Part shown: positions 27,587 through 37,520 of the stretch, piece after piece
Position numbering within the stretch: position 1 is the first letter of the stretch
How the letters are laid out: every line of letters starts with the position of its first letter
DNA from: an uncultured Spirochaetaceae bacterium
GTDB taxonomy: Bacteria; Spirochaetota; Spirochaetia; Sphaerochaetales; Sphaerochaetaceae
Direction: 5' to 3'
Assembly: GCA_964582905.1 (NCBI GenBank)
Contig: CAZOTY010000001.1
Location: 15,954-79,953 of the forward strand
DNA length: 64,000 nt
Translations under genes and position numbers: made by a program
Notes under the pieces: model-generated
What the model saw: only the letters and a program-made list of their open reading frames with translations
Databases searched by the model: none
What the model was told of the DNA's origin: nothing

Positions 27587-30500
27587 ATGGGACGTCAGAA
27601 ATTAGTAAGTAAAATAATTGCAAGTATCATCCTTATAGGGGCTATAGTTGCTGCTATATTAATGTTCTTTGTGCAGAATAAAGCAAGAATCGTTTCTCAG
27701 AACGCAGACTATATTAGTGGGACAAATGAGAAATCAGTTGCAAGGATAAATGATTTACTTAATTCAACATTAGATAGTCTTGAAACAATTTCTTTTATTT
27801 ACGGAAGAAGCTTGGAGTATGATGAGTTAGATACCAATGACGTATTGGACCTTTTTGACCACGTCCCGTTTTTAAATGTTTATTCTGTTAATTCAAAAGG
27901 AGTGACCAAATCAATAGATGGCTCGCAGGAAATTGATGTAAGTGACAGATTTTTCTTCATTGACGGCATGAAAGGACACTCGGGTGCTGTTGCAGTAATC
28001 GAATCAAGACTCAGCCCTGGCAGTGCGTTGGATTTCTATACCCCTGTTTATGTAGAGGATAAAATTGTTGGTGTTCTTGTTGGTGTAACTGGAGAGGATG
28101 AACTTGAAAAACTGATTGCTTCAGAGTTATTCGGCTACTCTGCAATAACTACATTGATAAATGACCAGGGTGAAATCCTTGTTTCCACAAACCATAAAAA
28201 TGAGGACTCAAATTATTTCAGGTATCTGGAACAGTCCGGTTATATTAAAAAGGCAGATATTGAAGACCTCAAAAATGCAGCTGAGAATGACCACCCATAC
28301 GTTTTTAAATCAGAGGGCCTCGGTGGTGATCCGTTTGCGCTTTCAATGCTTCCTACAGAATTTGATAATCTTTTGTTAATTCAGGTTTTCCCTCCAGAGG
28401 TTGCAAAGTCTATGATTGCACATGCCAACAGTGCTGGCAGGAATCTTGAAATAATCCTGGTGGGGGTATTCCTTTTGTATTGTCTGTATCTGGTAATCAG
28501 TTATAACCAGACAAACAAAAAGCTGAGAAAGGAAAAGGAAGTTGCAGTAATCGAAGCTGAAGAGGTCAGTGCAATAAGTGAATTATACTCAACCTGTCTT
28601 AATGGAGTTGCGCGCTCTTATGTTGCAATTTACTACATACGGGTTCCTGAAAACCATTATGTTATGGTCTACCCTGAAGATGGAGACGATAAAGAGGAAG
28701 GGAGCTTTAATGAAGCGGTAAGAAATAAGGTTGAGAACTCAATTATGATTGCATCTGCTGAACAGGATAAGGAGGAGCTGATTAAAAACCTCCAGCTTGA
28801 TAGCCTCCTTGATTTTCTGAAGGACAGGGATTCTGTTGAATTCAGATACAGAAGAGTCATAGAAGGAAGTGGCAATATTGAATGGTGCCTTTCAGCAGTA
28901 ACCTGTGTAAAGCGTGATGAAAACGGCATTCCTGTTAATCTGGTTATGTCTGTCAGATCAATTGATGATATTATGAAAAAGGAAATTGCACAGCGCCAAT
29001 TTATCAAAAGTGCACTTGAAAGGGCAGAGGCTGAAAGTGCTGCCAAGACCAAGTTCCTTTCTTCAATGTCACATGATATCAGGACACCGATGAATGCAAT
29101 TACAGGCATGACTACAATTGCCACAATGCACATTGATGATAAGGAAAGGGTCAAAGACTGTCTGAATAAAATTACAATTTCATCAAGACATTTGTTGAAC
29201 CTCATTAACGAAGTTCTAGACATGTCCAAGATTGAGTCAGGTAAGGTTGTCCTCAATCAGGAAGAAATGAATATTCCTTCTGAAATTGAGGCGCTTCTTT
29301 CAATTTTCCGTGGGGAAATGAAGAAGAAAAACATACTTATGCATACAAACCTTGTAAAGATTGAGCATGAAGATGCTATAGGTGATCCGGTAAGACTCCA
29401 GCAGATATTGGTCAATATTCTTGGCAATGCCATCAAGTTCACACCTGTAGACGGGACTATCACGCTTGATATAAAGGAAAAACCTACAAGACAGCCAGGA
29501 TACTCTGAGTATGACTTTATTATTGCTGATACCGGAATCGGCATGAGCGAGGATTTCATAAAAGTTGCATTTGAGCCTTTCAAGAGGGAAGAGTCATCCA
29601 CGGGAGTAAGAAGAATCGAAGGTACCGGGCTGGGGCTGTCAATTGCATATAATCTTGCAAAAATGATGGGAGGAGATATCAAAATAAAGTCAGTTCTGGG
29701 TAAAGGAAGTGAGTTTACTATTCAGGTAATATTGAAAATCCCTGAGGCTGTTGCCCCGATTGACTATACATCCCTTGTAAGCCTTTCTGTGCTTATTGTT
29801 GATGATGATAAGGATACATGCGAATACGAGATGGAATTACTTGATTCAGTTGGTATGGTCGGAGAGTATGTACTTGACGGAAGGGAAGCTGTGCGCCGTG
29901 TTGTAGAGCGCCATAATGAAAACAAGGACTTTTCTGTAGTCGTTCTCGACTGGCTGATGCCTGGTCAAGACGGCATTGAGACTGCACGTCAGATAAGAGA
30001 GCAGGTTGGTCATGAGCTTCCGATTATTTTCCTTACCACATACGATTGGGCAGAAATTGAAGCTGATGCAAGAAAGGCCGGAATCAATGCCTTCATTTCA
30101 AAGCCGCTCTTTAAGTCCAGATTCCTCGGTGCAATGAAAACTGCACTGCGCGATGAAAATGTCGAAATCCCGGGAATCCAACTTAAAAGAGTTGAGAACT
30201 TTGAAAAAACCAATACCAATTTCGTAGGGCACAGGATTCTTCTAGCTGAAGATAACGACTTGAATGCCGAAATAGCAATTGAGCTTTTGACAAGTGTCGG
30301 CTTTATAGTTGACCGGGCTGAAAATGGAAAAGAAGCCCACAGAATGCTGGTTGAAAGTCCGGTAGATACATATAATTTGGTTCTTATGGATATCCAGATG
30401 CCTATAATGAATGGTTATGAGGCAACTGTGAAGATCCGAGCAGAGGAAAGAATGGATCTAAAGAAAATTCCTATTGTTGCAATGAGTGCTGATACATTCA

Positions 30501-30601
30501 AGGAAGATATCGACAAGGCTAGAGCATCTGGAATGAACAATCATGTTGGGAAGCCTATCGAGCTTGATAAACTTTATAAGATTCTTGAACAGTTCGGTTA
30601 G
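27587..30601 (+). CDS. Hybrid sensor histidine kinase with periplasmic Cache-like domain and two receiver domains
   Basis: 1004 aa. TM, extracytoplasmic domain, TM. H-box SHDIRTPMNAI, N-box NILGNAIKFT, G-boxes DTGIGMS and GTGLGLSI. REC1 (VVLDWLMPGQDG) and REC2 (VLMDIQMPIMNG). Confidence 0.9.
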   Translation: MGRQKLVSKIIASIILIGAIVAAILMFFVQNKARIVSQNADYISGTNEKSVARINDLLNSTLDSLETISFIYGRSLEYDELDTNDVLDLFDHVPFLNVYSVNSKGVTKSIDGSQEIDVSDRFFFIDGMKGHSGAVAVIESRLSPGSALDFYTPVYVEDKIVGVLVGVTGEDELEKLIASELFGYSAITTLINDQGEILVSTNHKNEDSNYFRYLEQSGYIKKADIEDLKNAAENDHPYVFKSEGLGGDPFALSMLPTEFDNLLLIQVFPPEVAKSMIAHANSAGRNLEIILVGVFLLYCLYLVISYNQTNKKLRKEKEVAVIEAEEVSAISELYSTCLNGVARSYVAIYYIRVPENHYVMVYPEDGDDKEEGSFNEAVRNKVENSIMIASAEQDKEELIKNLQLDSLLDFLKDRDSVEFRYRRVIEGSGNIEWCLSAVTCVKRDENGIPVNLVMSVRSIDDIMKKEIAQRQFIKSALERAEAESAAKTKFLSSMSHDIRTPMNAITGMTTIATMHIDDKERVKDCLNKITISSRHLLNLINEVLDMSKIESGKVVLNQEEMNIPSEIEALLSIFRGEMKKKNILMHTNLVKIEHEDAIGDPVRLQQILVNILGNAIKFTPVDGTITLDIKEKPTRQPGYSEYDFIIADTGIGMSEDFIKVAFEPFKREESSTGVRRIEGTGLGLSIAYNLAKMMGGDIKIKSVLGKGSEFTIQVILKIPEAVAPIDYTSLVSLSVLIVDDDKDTCEYEMELLDSVGMVGEYVLDGREAVRRVVERHNENKDFSVVVLDWLMPGQDGIETARQIREQVGHELPIIFLTTYDWAEIEADARKAGINAFISKPLFKSRFLGAMKTALRDENVEIPGIQLKRVENFEKTNTNFVGHRILLAEDNDLNAEIAIELLTSVGFIVDRAENGKEAHRMLVESPVDTYNLVLMDIQMPIMNGYEATVKIRAEERMDLKKIPIVAMSADTFKEDIDKARASGMNNHVGKPIELDKLYKILEQFG

Positions 30602-30881
30602 AATAAAACATATATTTTTCCACCTTGGCTCCTCGTTCTTATAATGAAAAGTTTATTTAAACAGGGGTTAAGGTGGGCTATTTTTATGGATACTTTAATA
30701 TTTTTGTGAAAATTAACGGAAAACACAAAAATTAATATTTTTTCTTTTGTAAGTATCAAAAATGTTTGTAAAACAAGAATAGGTGATTTAGAATAATGAC
30801 AACACCTAGTTGCTTAGGAAAAACTTGTATGCACTTGTAAGCTTAGGCTCGCAAAAGGCAGAGAAACTTTAGGAAGGAAAT

Positions 30882-31295
30882 ATGAAACTTATGAAAAAAG
30901 GATTTGTTGCTTGTGCTTTGATTCTTATTGTGCTTGTATTAGCTGGATGTTCTTCAACAAAAGCCACTAAAACAGCATCTGCGTCATCTGTAAGTACAGG
31001 AGTTGTAGCTCCTACTGGAACACCTGTTTATGAAGCATCTTATGAAATCGTAGGATATAAACTTCTCTACAGAGCATATGATAATGCTCTTACATTCGGA
31101 TTCTTGAATGTTCTTTCTGATGCAGAATTGGCACAGGCAGGTGCAAACATGGCTGCATTATTACCTGGTGTAACTTCTTATGGAATTTCAAGCCCAGGCC
31201 AGTTCACTTTCAACTTGAAGAAGACTTTGACAAAAGATCAGTTTGACAAGTTTGTTGAAGAAATCAACAAGAAGGCCTACGACGTAATCTATTAA
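30882..31295 (+). CDS. Small lipoprotein, unknown function
   Basis: 137 aa, signal peptide with lipobox LAGCSS, RBS GGAAGGAAA. Confidence 0.6.
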   Translation: MKLMKKGFVACALILIVLVLAGCSSTKATKTASASSVSTGVVAPTGTPVYEASYEIVGYKLLYRAYDNALTFGFLNVLSDAELAQAGANMAALLPGVTSYGISSPGQFTFNLKKTLTKDQFDKFVEEINKKAYDVIY

Positions 31296-31313
31296 TTTCA
31301 ACGTAATAAAAAA

Positions 31314-31340
31314 AGGAACCTCTACTGAGGTTCTTTTTTT
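31314..31340. terminator. Bidirectional intrinsic terminator
   Basis: Stem GAACCTC/GAGGTTC flanked by an A-run upstream and a U-run downstream. It can end both the plus-strand lipoprotein gene and the minus-strand pgs-like operon. Confidence 0.65.
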
Positions 31341-31448
31341 ATGTCCTTATTGATGCCTGAATGCCAAAAATGGGCTTCTGACGTGTTTTATAACATAAAC
31401 TGATACTTTTCCTGTTCTTGAGTTTTTGTGTTGTTTACAGCCTGATTT

Positions 31449-32054
31449 TTAGTATCCCAGATCTTCATTGATTAAGACTACTTCAAAGGACCCGGTCATC
31501 GGGACTTCCCATAGTACAGAAAGTCCCCTGCAGATTCTTTCAGGGCTTTTGCAGTCATAACACTTATCTGCTTTAATGGCACAAGGAGTTTTAACTCCTA
31601 TACGTTTTGCATTAAGTGGGGAGGCAATATTTCTTGCTCTGTACAAGGCACTCTCATAATCACGCTCTACCTTGTTTTTTCCAACAACGAAATAAACCTT
31701 TTTGTGCCCCCATAATACTGATGAAATTCTGTTGCAGTTCCCATCAATATTCACGATTTCACCGCTTTCGGCAATTCCGTTAACTGATGAGAGGTAAACC
31801 TCAGCACTGTTAGCAAGAGCGATTATTTCTGCATTAGTTTTGCCTTCAGTTTTCTCATGGTGCCAGTAAACGCTGTTTTTTCTGGAAAGAATCTGATAGA
31901 GACCCAACTCCCTTAGTGTCATTGAGCCACCGAATCCCACAGTTGTATTTTGGATTTCTTCTTCAAGGTACTTTACTGCTTCATCACTATGGTCAAATAC
32001 AGAAACAGAAAATCCATGATTTTCCAGATTTTTCCTGATTGTAGAAAAGTCCAT
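31449..32054 (-). CDS. LUD-domain (YkgG/LutC-like, DUF162) protein
   Basis: 201 aa. GFGGSMTL, SSVNGIAESGEIV and a C-terminal Cys cluster (CAIKADKCYDCKSPERIC) resemble LUD-domain 'lactate utilization' proteins. It lies 7 nt downstream of the preceding gene. Confidence 0.55.
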   Translation of the reverse strand: MDFSTIRKNLENHGFSVSVFDHSDEAVKYLEEEIQNTTVGFGGSMTLRELGLYQILSRKNSVYWHHEKTEGKTNAEIIALANSAEVYLSSVNGIAESGEIVNIDGNCNRISSVLWGHKKVYFVVGKNKVERDYESALYRARNIASPLNAKRIGVKTPCAIKADKCYDCKSPERICRGLSVLWEVPMTGSFEVVLINEDLGY

Positions 32055-32061
32055 TTTTTAC

Positions 32062-33207
32062 CTACTTTACAAGAACAGCTTCCTGTTCTTTCCTATCTAG
32101 ATAATAGGCTAAACCATTTTCCTTGAAAGATGATAGGGTGGGGAAACTGAGTGAAATCCACAGCTTTTCATCCATCATTCCCGCTACATCAATAATCATT
32201 TTAGCAGTACTGAGCTGAGTACCGACTCGCTCTTCAAGGCTTATTCCTTCCTCTGTATAGTTTATTTTACTGAAGCCTTTTGCGCTGACTTTCGGAAGGA
32301 AAGTATCTTGACCCTGAATCAAGGACTCTGTCATAGCTCCTGTTATTCTATCTATAAATGGAGTCGGAACCTCAATAAGAAATGGATGAACATTCCCAAT
32401 TTTTCCCCATTCCTGATGTGAATAGCCATAATTACTAGGCAGGGACAATTCCACTGCCATGGTTATTCCTTCTTCTTCAAGCATCATACTTGAAAGAAAA
32501 GCTATATCTGAAGACGCTTCGTTTGTAACAATATTACGGTTTACCGGATAAGTAACTGAAGCCTCATGAATATCAAAGGCAATATCAACTTTTTCTTTAT
32601 CAAGCAAGTTCATTACTGCATAGCCCAGCATTTCACCAGGAGATCCGTTTTCCCTGCCTGGATAAATTCTGTTGACATTTCTTATCTCATCAGAACTCAG
32701 ATGAAGATAAGAAGGGTAGTGCACATAAAGTGCAGGATCTGGCCATGAATCAAGGGGGGAAATAAGTCTTCCTCCGACTTTAAAGGATCTGTCTCCTACG
32801 GTATATTTTTCCGGATAGCTATAGCCCAAAGTGGGGGAGCTGTTACCGCTTTTATTAATTACAGGAATTACAAGGACTCTGCCATTTTCAAGTTCCAGAT
32901 TCTCAATTATTATGTAGGCGGAGAGAATTGATGCTACTTCATTAGGGTGTGTTCCGCCTATGTATAACACAGTAGGCCCCGGGATGCCTGAATCAAAAAC
33001 AAATATTGGCGTGTCCAGATAGGAATTTTTTAAATTCTTGTTATAGTCTGAAAGACGCCTTATTTCTGTTAAAGCAGGCGATGGATAAACCATGTCATAA
33101 GTGTGTCTTGCCTTGACAAAAGAAACTGAGGCCGAAGAGGCAAAGGCAAATGTGAGAGCAAGAATAACTGTTTTAACTATTATGCTTTTTCTCTTTTTTC
33201 TTTCCAT
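32062..33207 (-). CDS. Exported M14 / AstE-AspA-like zinc hydrolase (paralog 2)
   Basis: Signal peptide. Zn-ligand-like motifs GGTHPNE and DIHEA, plus RIYPGRENGSPGE. Clear paralog of 40774-42105. Overlaps the upstream gene by 35 nt. Confidence 0.6.
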   Translation of the reverse strand: MERKKRKSIIVKTVILALTFAFASSASVSFVKARHTYDMVYPSPALTEIRRLSDYNKNLKNSYLDTPIFVFDSGIPGPTVLYIGGTHPNEVASILSAYIIIENLELENGRVLVIPVINKSGNSSPTLGYSYPEKYTVGDRSFKVGGRLISPLDSWPDPALYVHYPSYLHLSSDEIRNVNRIYPGRENGSPGEMLGYAVMNLLDKEKVDIAFDIHEASVTYPVNRNIVTNEASSDIAFLSSMMLEEEGITMAVELSLPSNYGYSHQEWGKIGNVHPFLIEVPTPFIDRITGAMTESLIQGQDTFLPKVSAKGFSKINYTEEGISLEERVGTQLSTAKMIIDVAGMMDEKLWISLSFPTLSSFKENGLAYYLDRKEQEAVLVK

Positions 33208-34267
33208 ATATGAAACCGCCGACTAGGACACTGATTGCAATTATAAAGGTCAAGACAGGAATCCAGGCTTTAATTCGTATCTCGTAGTAAACTCCGCTTT
33301 CTCCTGGTTTTTCAAGTGGTTTTGGATCAAATGCAATCCCATTTTCCTCTGCAAGACCTCTGACGTTAAGCATATTTATCACAGGAACACCTCTGGCAGC
33401 ATATTCATAAATTAGACCACGATAAGGTGTTGATGGGATCATAGGGGGTTCTATTGTTAGCCCATTGGGAAAATCTAGTGTGTAGGAGGATGCTCCATTG
33501 TTTACTGATGCTCCACCTACGTTCACAAAAAGCTTTATATCATCCCCGTACAGTTTCAGACGGTACTGGATATTCTCAGCCAGATCTTCAATTGTTATTA
33601 CTTCAACACCAACTTTTTTACAAAGCTCCAGTGCAAGCTCCTTTGTTCCAAAGAATATCACTCCTTCAAGAGTTGCTCCCCCTTGGTCATTTACTCCTCC
33701 GGGAGATACTGCTAAAAGTTCAGCGTCCGAATACCCACCATCAAAAAGGACCTGAATATAATCAAAAATATTGAATTCCGGGCGTGTTGCACCATGCATA
33801 GATGAGCCCAAAGAACAAATAAGTTTGACATTAAGACCGTAAACCTTGGCAGCTGTAAGAGTTGCAATCAAAAGTCCGGGAAATGAGCCAGAAGATCCAA
33901 CTGCTATATTGTCTCCTTTTTTCAGACCTGCTTCCTTATAATACCTGATCATTGCAGCAGCAAAATTGGGATTCAGGCTGGTCCGTTTTGCATCAGGATT
34001 TCCTGGTGTTGTAGTGAGTTCAGTAAACTCGGGTCCCATAAGACCTGTCTCGTTTACGTCCTCAAAATCAATTTCAACGCCTTCTTCAAGCATTTTGGCC
34101 TTTATTGCGCTTTCAGCTTCTGCCATCAGTTCGGCTGCTTCAAGTTGCAAATCTCTGTATTCCCTTTCTTCGATGTGCTGAGTAAGAAAGGTTGCAACAA
34201 TTCCAACGATAAGGATAACAATAGCAATTAAAATGAATAGCAGGTTTATTTTGGATTTTTCTTTCAT
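33173..34267 (-). CDS. Membrane-anchored PgsBC-associated protein (resembles the 'poly-gamma-glutamate system protein' family found in place of PgsA)
   Basis: 364 aa. One N-terminal and one C-terminal TM helix around a large soluble domain (TTTPGNPDAKRTSLNPNFAAAM). Starts 2 nt after pgsC. The family assignment is from memory of TIGR04332-type proteins and is not verified. Confidence 0.45.
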   Translation of the reverse strand: MKEKSKINLLFILIAIVILIVGIVATFLTQHIEEREYRDLQLEAAELMAEAESAIKAKMLEEGVEIDFEDVNETGLMGPEFTELTTTPGNPDAKRTSLNPNFAAAMIRYYKEAGLKKGDNIAVGSSGSFPGLLIATLTAAKVYGLNVKLICSLGSSMHGATRPEFNIFDYIQVLFDGGYSDAELLAVSPGGVNDQGGATLEGVIFFGTKELALELCKKVGVEVITIEDLAENIQYRLKLYGDDIKLFVNVGGASVNNGASSYTLDFPNGLTIEPPMIPSTPYRGLIYEYAARGVPVINMLNVRGLAEENGIAFDPKPLEKPGESGVYYEIRIKAWIPVLTFIIAISVLVGGFIYGKKKEKKHNS

Positions 34268-34268
34268 T

Positions 34269-34697
34269 TTATCCCACCATATGTAAGCATACCCAGGTCA
34301 ATAGGGTAATAAGAATAACCATTAATAACGTTTTTATTATTCCCTGTTTTTCCATATCGTTGGCAATGAGGCCGGGAATAATATATCCGATTGCCCTCAT
34401 ATCGTAGGGAATATTTGTCAAAAAATAGTAGTTGGCGCTGTAAAGGGAGGATAGAAGCAATCCCAGAAGAACACACAAAGCGAACCTTCTTCTCCCGAAT
34501 AGAATCATGAAATGGCTCAATATCTTTATGCAAAGATACGTTACAAGTGATATAACAAGAGTTGAAACTATTCTCAGCGGTTGTGTAAGGTAAAAAGCCA
34601 AATACCCTCCACTTATTAAACCTCCGGCAAACAAGCCAAGAAACTCGCTGGCAATAAAGCCGAAAACTATTGATAAAGCAACAGCAGTATGTAACAT
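34269..34697 (-). CDS. pgsC: Poly-gamma-glutamate synthase membrane subunit PgsC/CapC
   Basis: 142 aa, 4 TM. ILFGRRRFALCVLLGLLL and GYIIPGLIANDMEKQGI align with B. subtilis PgsC (ILYGRRKFAAMLITGICL, GIIVPGLIANTIQRQGL). Confidence 0.85.
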   Translation of the reverse strand: MLHTAVALSIVFGFIASEFLGLFAGGLISGGYLAFYLTQPLRIVSTLVISLVTYLCIKILSHFMILFGRRRFALCVLLGLLLSSLYSANYYFLTNIPYDMRAIGYIIPGLIANDMEKQGIIKTLLMVILITLLTWVCLHMVG

Positions 34698-35780
34698 TTA
34701 ATTCTCCTTTATGAAGGCCCTGACAACCTTTTCTCCGTCTCCTTTTATGTTTCCAAGTCCCAGGTAAAGATTACCACTGTCAGAAGACTTCATTTCTCCA
34801 ATCAGAGCATCTGCCTTCATTTCCCTGACGCTTAGTTTTGTCTTTAACCTGATATAGGCTTTTACCTTTTTTTTGTACTCACCAATTACAATTACATCAA
34901 CGTTTTGTTTTCCAAGGGCAGAAACAAAAGTAAAGATTCTGAATTCCCTGTCTCCACGGTTATTGAATATTACTTTAACAGCCTTTCCACTTGAAGATGC
35001 TTTTTCTATTTCCAATGCCATCGTATCCAAATCATTTATAGAAAAATATGGGCGGAATTCTGCGCCTTGAGGAAGTATCATTTTCTGATGGAGACCAATG
35101 TCTGGAATTATTTCTCTGCTTGCATCTATAACATCACTTTCAGTTATTCCGAAGTTTGCTAAAAGAGCAGAGCAGATAGCTATATTATCCTCGTGAGTAG
35201 AAAGGTTAAACGACGGGAAGTCTTTTTTATCAACCAGATGGAAATTTATGTCTTTGATGCTCCCATATTCTTTGTCAAATGAGTATACAGTTGATCCTTT
35301 TGGGATGCTCTGTGCAAGTGAGTAGATAGTCTCTTCACGTGTTTCTCCAATTTCTGGAATGTGATCCACATAGGAATTGCAGATAATAACATAGTCAGGT
35401 TTTATCAGCTTATTGGCAACAGTTCTCTGGTTTTCTCTACCCAGTGCCATACATTCAACAACAATAGCTTCTGCTTCCTGCCCAACCGCTTTCTTTACAA
35501 ATCTAATCAATTCAGTTATGCGGGCTTTTCTTTTTCTTACGACAGGTTCAATTTTCCCATCCGGGAGCAGAATCTGGGCTTCACTTCCGGTGGTTCTTCC
35601 AACTGTTTTTATTCCGTGGCTATTGAGAGCTTTGGTAAGTATTCTTACTATACTGGTTTTTCCCCTAGTTCCATTTACAAGAATTCTGAGTTTTATTCTT
35701 TTAAGCCTTTTCTGATGTATATAGTTTTCAATAATTCCCAGGACTATAAGGGTAAGAAATAAAACTAAAACAAAAACCAT
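34698..35780 (-). CDS. pgsB: Poly-gamma-glutamate synthase amide ligase PgsB/CapB (Mur-ligase family)
   Basis: N-terminal TM helix, then HQKRLKRIKLRILVNGTRGKTSIVR (P-loop), closely paralleling B. subtilis PgsB ([27 protein letters not shown]). Start taken at ATG 35780 (MVFVLVLF...) with GAAGG upstream. Confidence 0.85.
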   Translation of the reverse strand: MVFVLVLFLTLIVLGIIENYIHQKRLKRIKLRILVNGTRGKTSIVRILTKALNSHGIKTVGRTTGSEAQILLPDGKIEPVVRKRKARITELIRFVKKAVGQEAEAIVVECMALGRENQRTVANKLIKPDYVIICNSYVDHIPEIGETREETIYSLAQSIPKGSTVYSFDKEYGSIKDINFHLVDKKDFPSFNLSTHEDNIAICSALLANFGITESDVIDASREIIPDIGLHQKMILPQGAEFRPYFSINDLDTMALEIEKASSSGKAVKVIFNNRGDREFRIFTFVSALGKQNVDVIVIGEYKKKVKAYIRLKTKLSVREMKADALIGEMKSSDSGNLYLGLGNIKGDGEKVVRAFIKEN

Positions 35781-35790
35781 AGTACCTTCT

Positions 35791-35817
35791 TTTAAAAAGG
35801 AGACCCATCGGGTCTCC
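35791..35817 (-). terminator. Terminator-like hairpin between the last C69 peptidase gene and pgsB
   Basis: Minus-strand reading: GGAGACCC-GAU-GGGUCUCC followed by UUUUUAAAAG, then the pgsB RBS and ATG within about 18 nt. Confidence 0.6.
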
Positions 35818-35839
35818 TTTATCATTTTAAGATGAAAAT

Positions 35840-37483
35840 TTACTTTGATGGTCTTAGATTATCGACAACGTTTTCAAGAACAATGTCGTTGTACCAATCA
35901 CCAAGAGCCTGCTTTCTCATGTTAACATTTCCAAGCATGTACTTGCTTCTAAGGAGGTTATCAAGCTCAATATAAGTTTCATTCCAATCATTAGCTACAT
36001 TATTAGCATAGTTAGTGATATAGTTGATTGCTGCTGATTCCATACCTGAGTTAACCATAGAAGCTGCTACATCCTGAACTAAAGCTGTCTGTGCATACAG
36101 AGCTTCCTGCTTTGCATCTCTGACTGCTCTTATGTCCTGAATAGCTGAGTCATAGTTGACCTGTGCCTCCTGCTGTACACCAAGGGTAACCCACCAAGCA
36201 GAATCTGTACCATATCTGTCAGTTCTTGTTCTTGAATTGAAGATAGCTGGGAATGATTTCTGGCTTCCCCATATTGGTGTTAAGTAGTTAGTTAAAGCTG
36301 AGCCAAAGCCAACCCATGCCAAACACTTAATCTCATCTGGAAGATCTGGTCTGATGTTTGAAATCTGAACATATGTTGCCTGAGGAACATTGATTGGACG
36401 ATAAACATAGTTTGTGTTTAACGGATTACCGAATGGTCCGGAGATAACTGTCTTGGAAACATCATACTCTGTTCCCTGATAGTAATCTGAACAGATATCC
36501 TTGACTGTCTGTACACTGATTTTCTCTTTTGGAGTGACAAACAAAGGATAATCGAGGGCAGCACCATTGTCTTTCAAGTTCTTTATATCGCTACTATCAA
36601 CTGGACTCTTCAAATTGAGAGATGGATCCAAAATATTCATAACTCTCCATTCTCTTAAAGAGCAGAGGATTGATGAATATGGTGCAAAAATCTGGTTAGG
36701 CTGGAAAGCACTCTTTCCATCCCATAAGTCGTACTGCAGAGCATAATTCTTGATATCTTTGTAGTATCTGTAATTATTTGGATCATTCTCGATTAAGACG
36801 TTGATTCTTGCACGGTTAGCAGCTACGAAAACCTGATTGTCTGGAACTCTGATAGCAACCCAAACTGGACCACCATAAGCTTCCAATACCCAAGCTTCGT
36901 TTCCATCACAAATATTGATACATTCGCAAGCGCCGTTCCACCCGTATTCCTCAATCATCTTACCCATGAAGTCAACTGCTTCACGAGCTGTTGAACATGT
37001 CTCAAGAGCTAAGTCCTGAAGCATGTAGCAATCAAGAATACCTTCTGTTGCACCAAAAGCTGTATTGAGTTTCTGTCCCTGTTCAGATCTTCTATCTCTT
37101 GAACAAGTTGATTCACCCATTGCAAGACCTTTGTCGTTCAAGAATGAATACATAGCGTGAACATACTGATTTGTTGCTTTTTCAATCTTGAATTCACCTA
37201 GTTTCATACCTCTTAGACCATAGTCTACAACTTCTGGATATTTTCCGAAGTCTGCACCAGCTCTTCCATCAAGAACGATATCCTGAACAGAACCTGCAGG
37301 AATTGATGGGATAAGCCAAAGCCTGATGTCATCACCTGTTGAGTCACAGGTGTGGCTAGTCATTGTTGAGCCGTCAACTGTTGCCTTGTTACCAACTGCT
37401 AAGATGGTACAAGCAGCAATAGTCTGGGCTGCGATTAACATCACAGCCAAACTAATTAATAAAACTTTTCTTGTTGTTTTCAT
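35840..37483 (-). CDS. Secreted C69-family Ntn-hydrolase dipeptidase (paralog 1)
   Basis: 547 aa. Signal peptide ends ...AAQTIAA, directly followed by CTILAVGNKATVDGSTMTSHTCDS, the C69 N-terminal nucleophile block. Confidence 0.8.
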   Translation of the reverse strand: MKTTRKVLLISLAVMLIAAQTIAACTILAVGNKATVDGSTMTSHTCDSTGDDIRLWLIPSIPAGSVQDIVLDGRAGADFGKYPEVVDYGLRGMKLGEFKIEKATNQYVHAMYSFLNDKGLAMGESTCSRDRRSEQGQKLNTAFGATEGILDCYMLQDLALETCSTAREAVDFMGKMIEEYGWNGACECINICDGNEAWVLEAYGGPVWVAIRVPDNQVFVAANRARINVLIENDPNNYRYYKDIKNYALQYDLWDGKSAFQPNQIFAPYSSILCSLREWRVMNILDPSLNLKSPVDSSDIKNLKDNGAALDYPLFVTPKEKISVQTVKDICSDYYQGTEYDVSKTVISGPFGNPLNTNYVYRPINVPQATYVQISNIRPDLPDEIKCLAWVGFGSALTNYLTPIWGSQKSFPAIFNSRTRTDRYGTDSAWWVTLGVQQEAQVNYDSAIQDIRAVRDAKQEALYAQTALVQDVAASMVNSGMESAAINYITNYANNVANDWNETYIELDNLLRSKYMLGNVNMRKQALGDWYNDIVLENVVDNLRPSK

Positions 37484-37520
37484 AAAACAAACACCCCTTT
37501 TGTTTTTAGGTGGCTAGACT

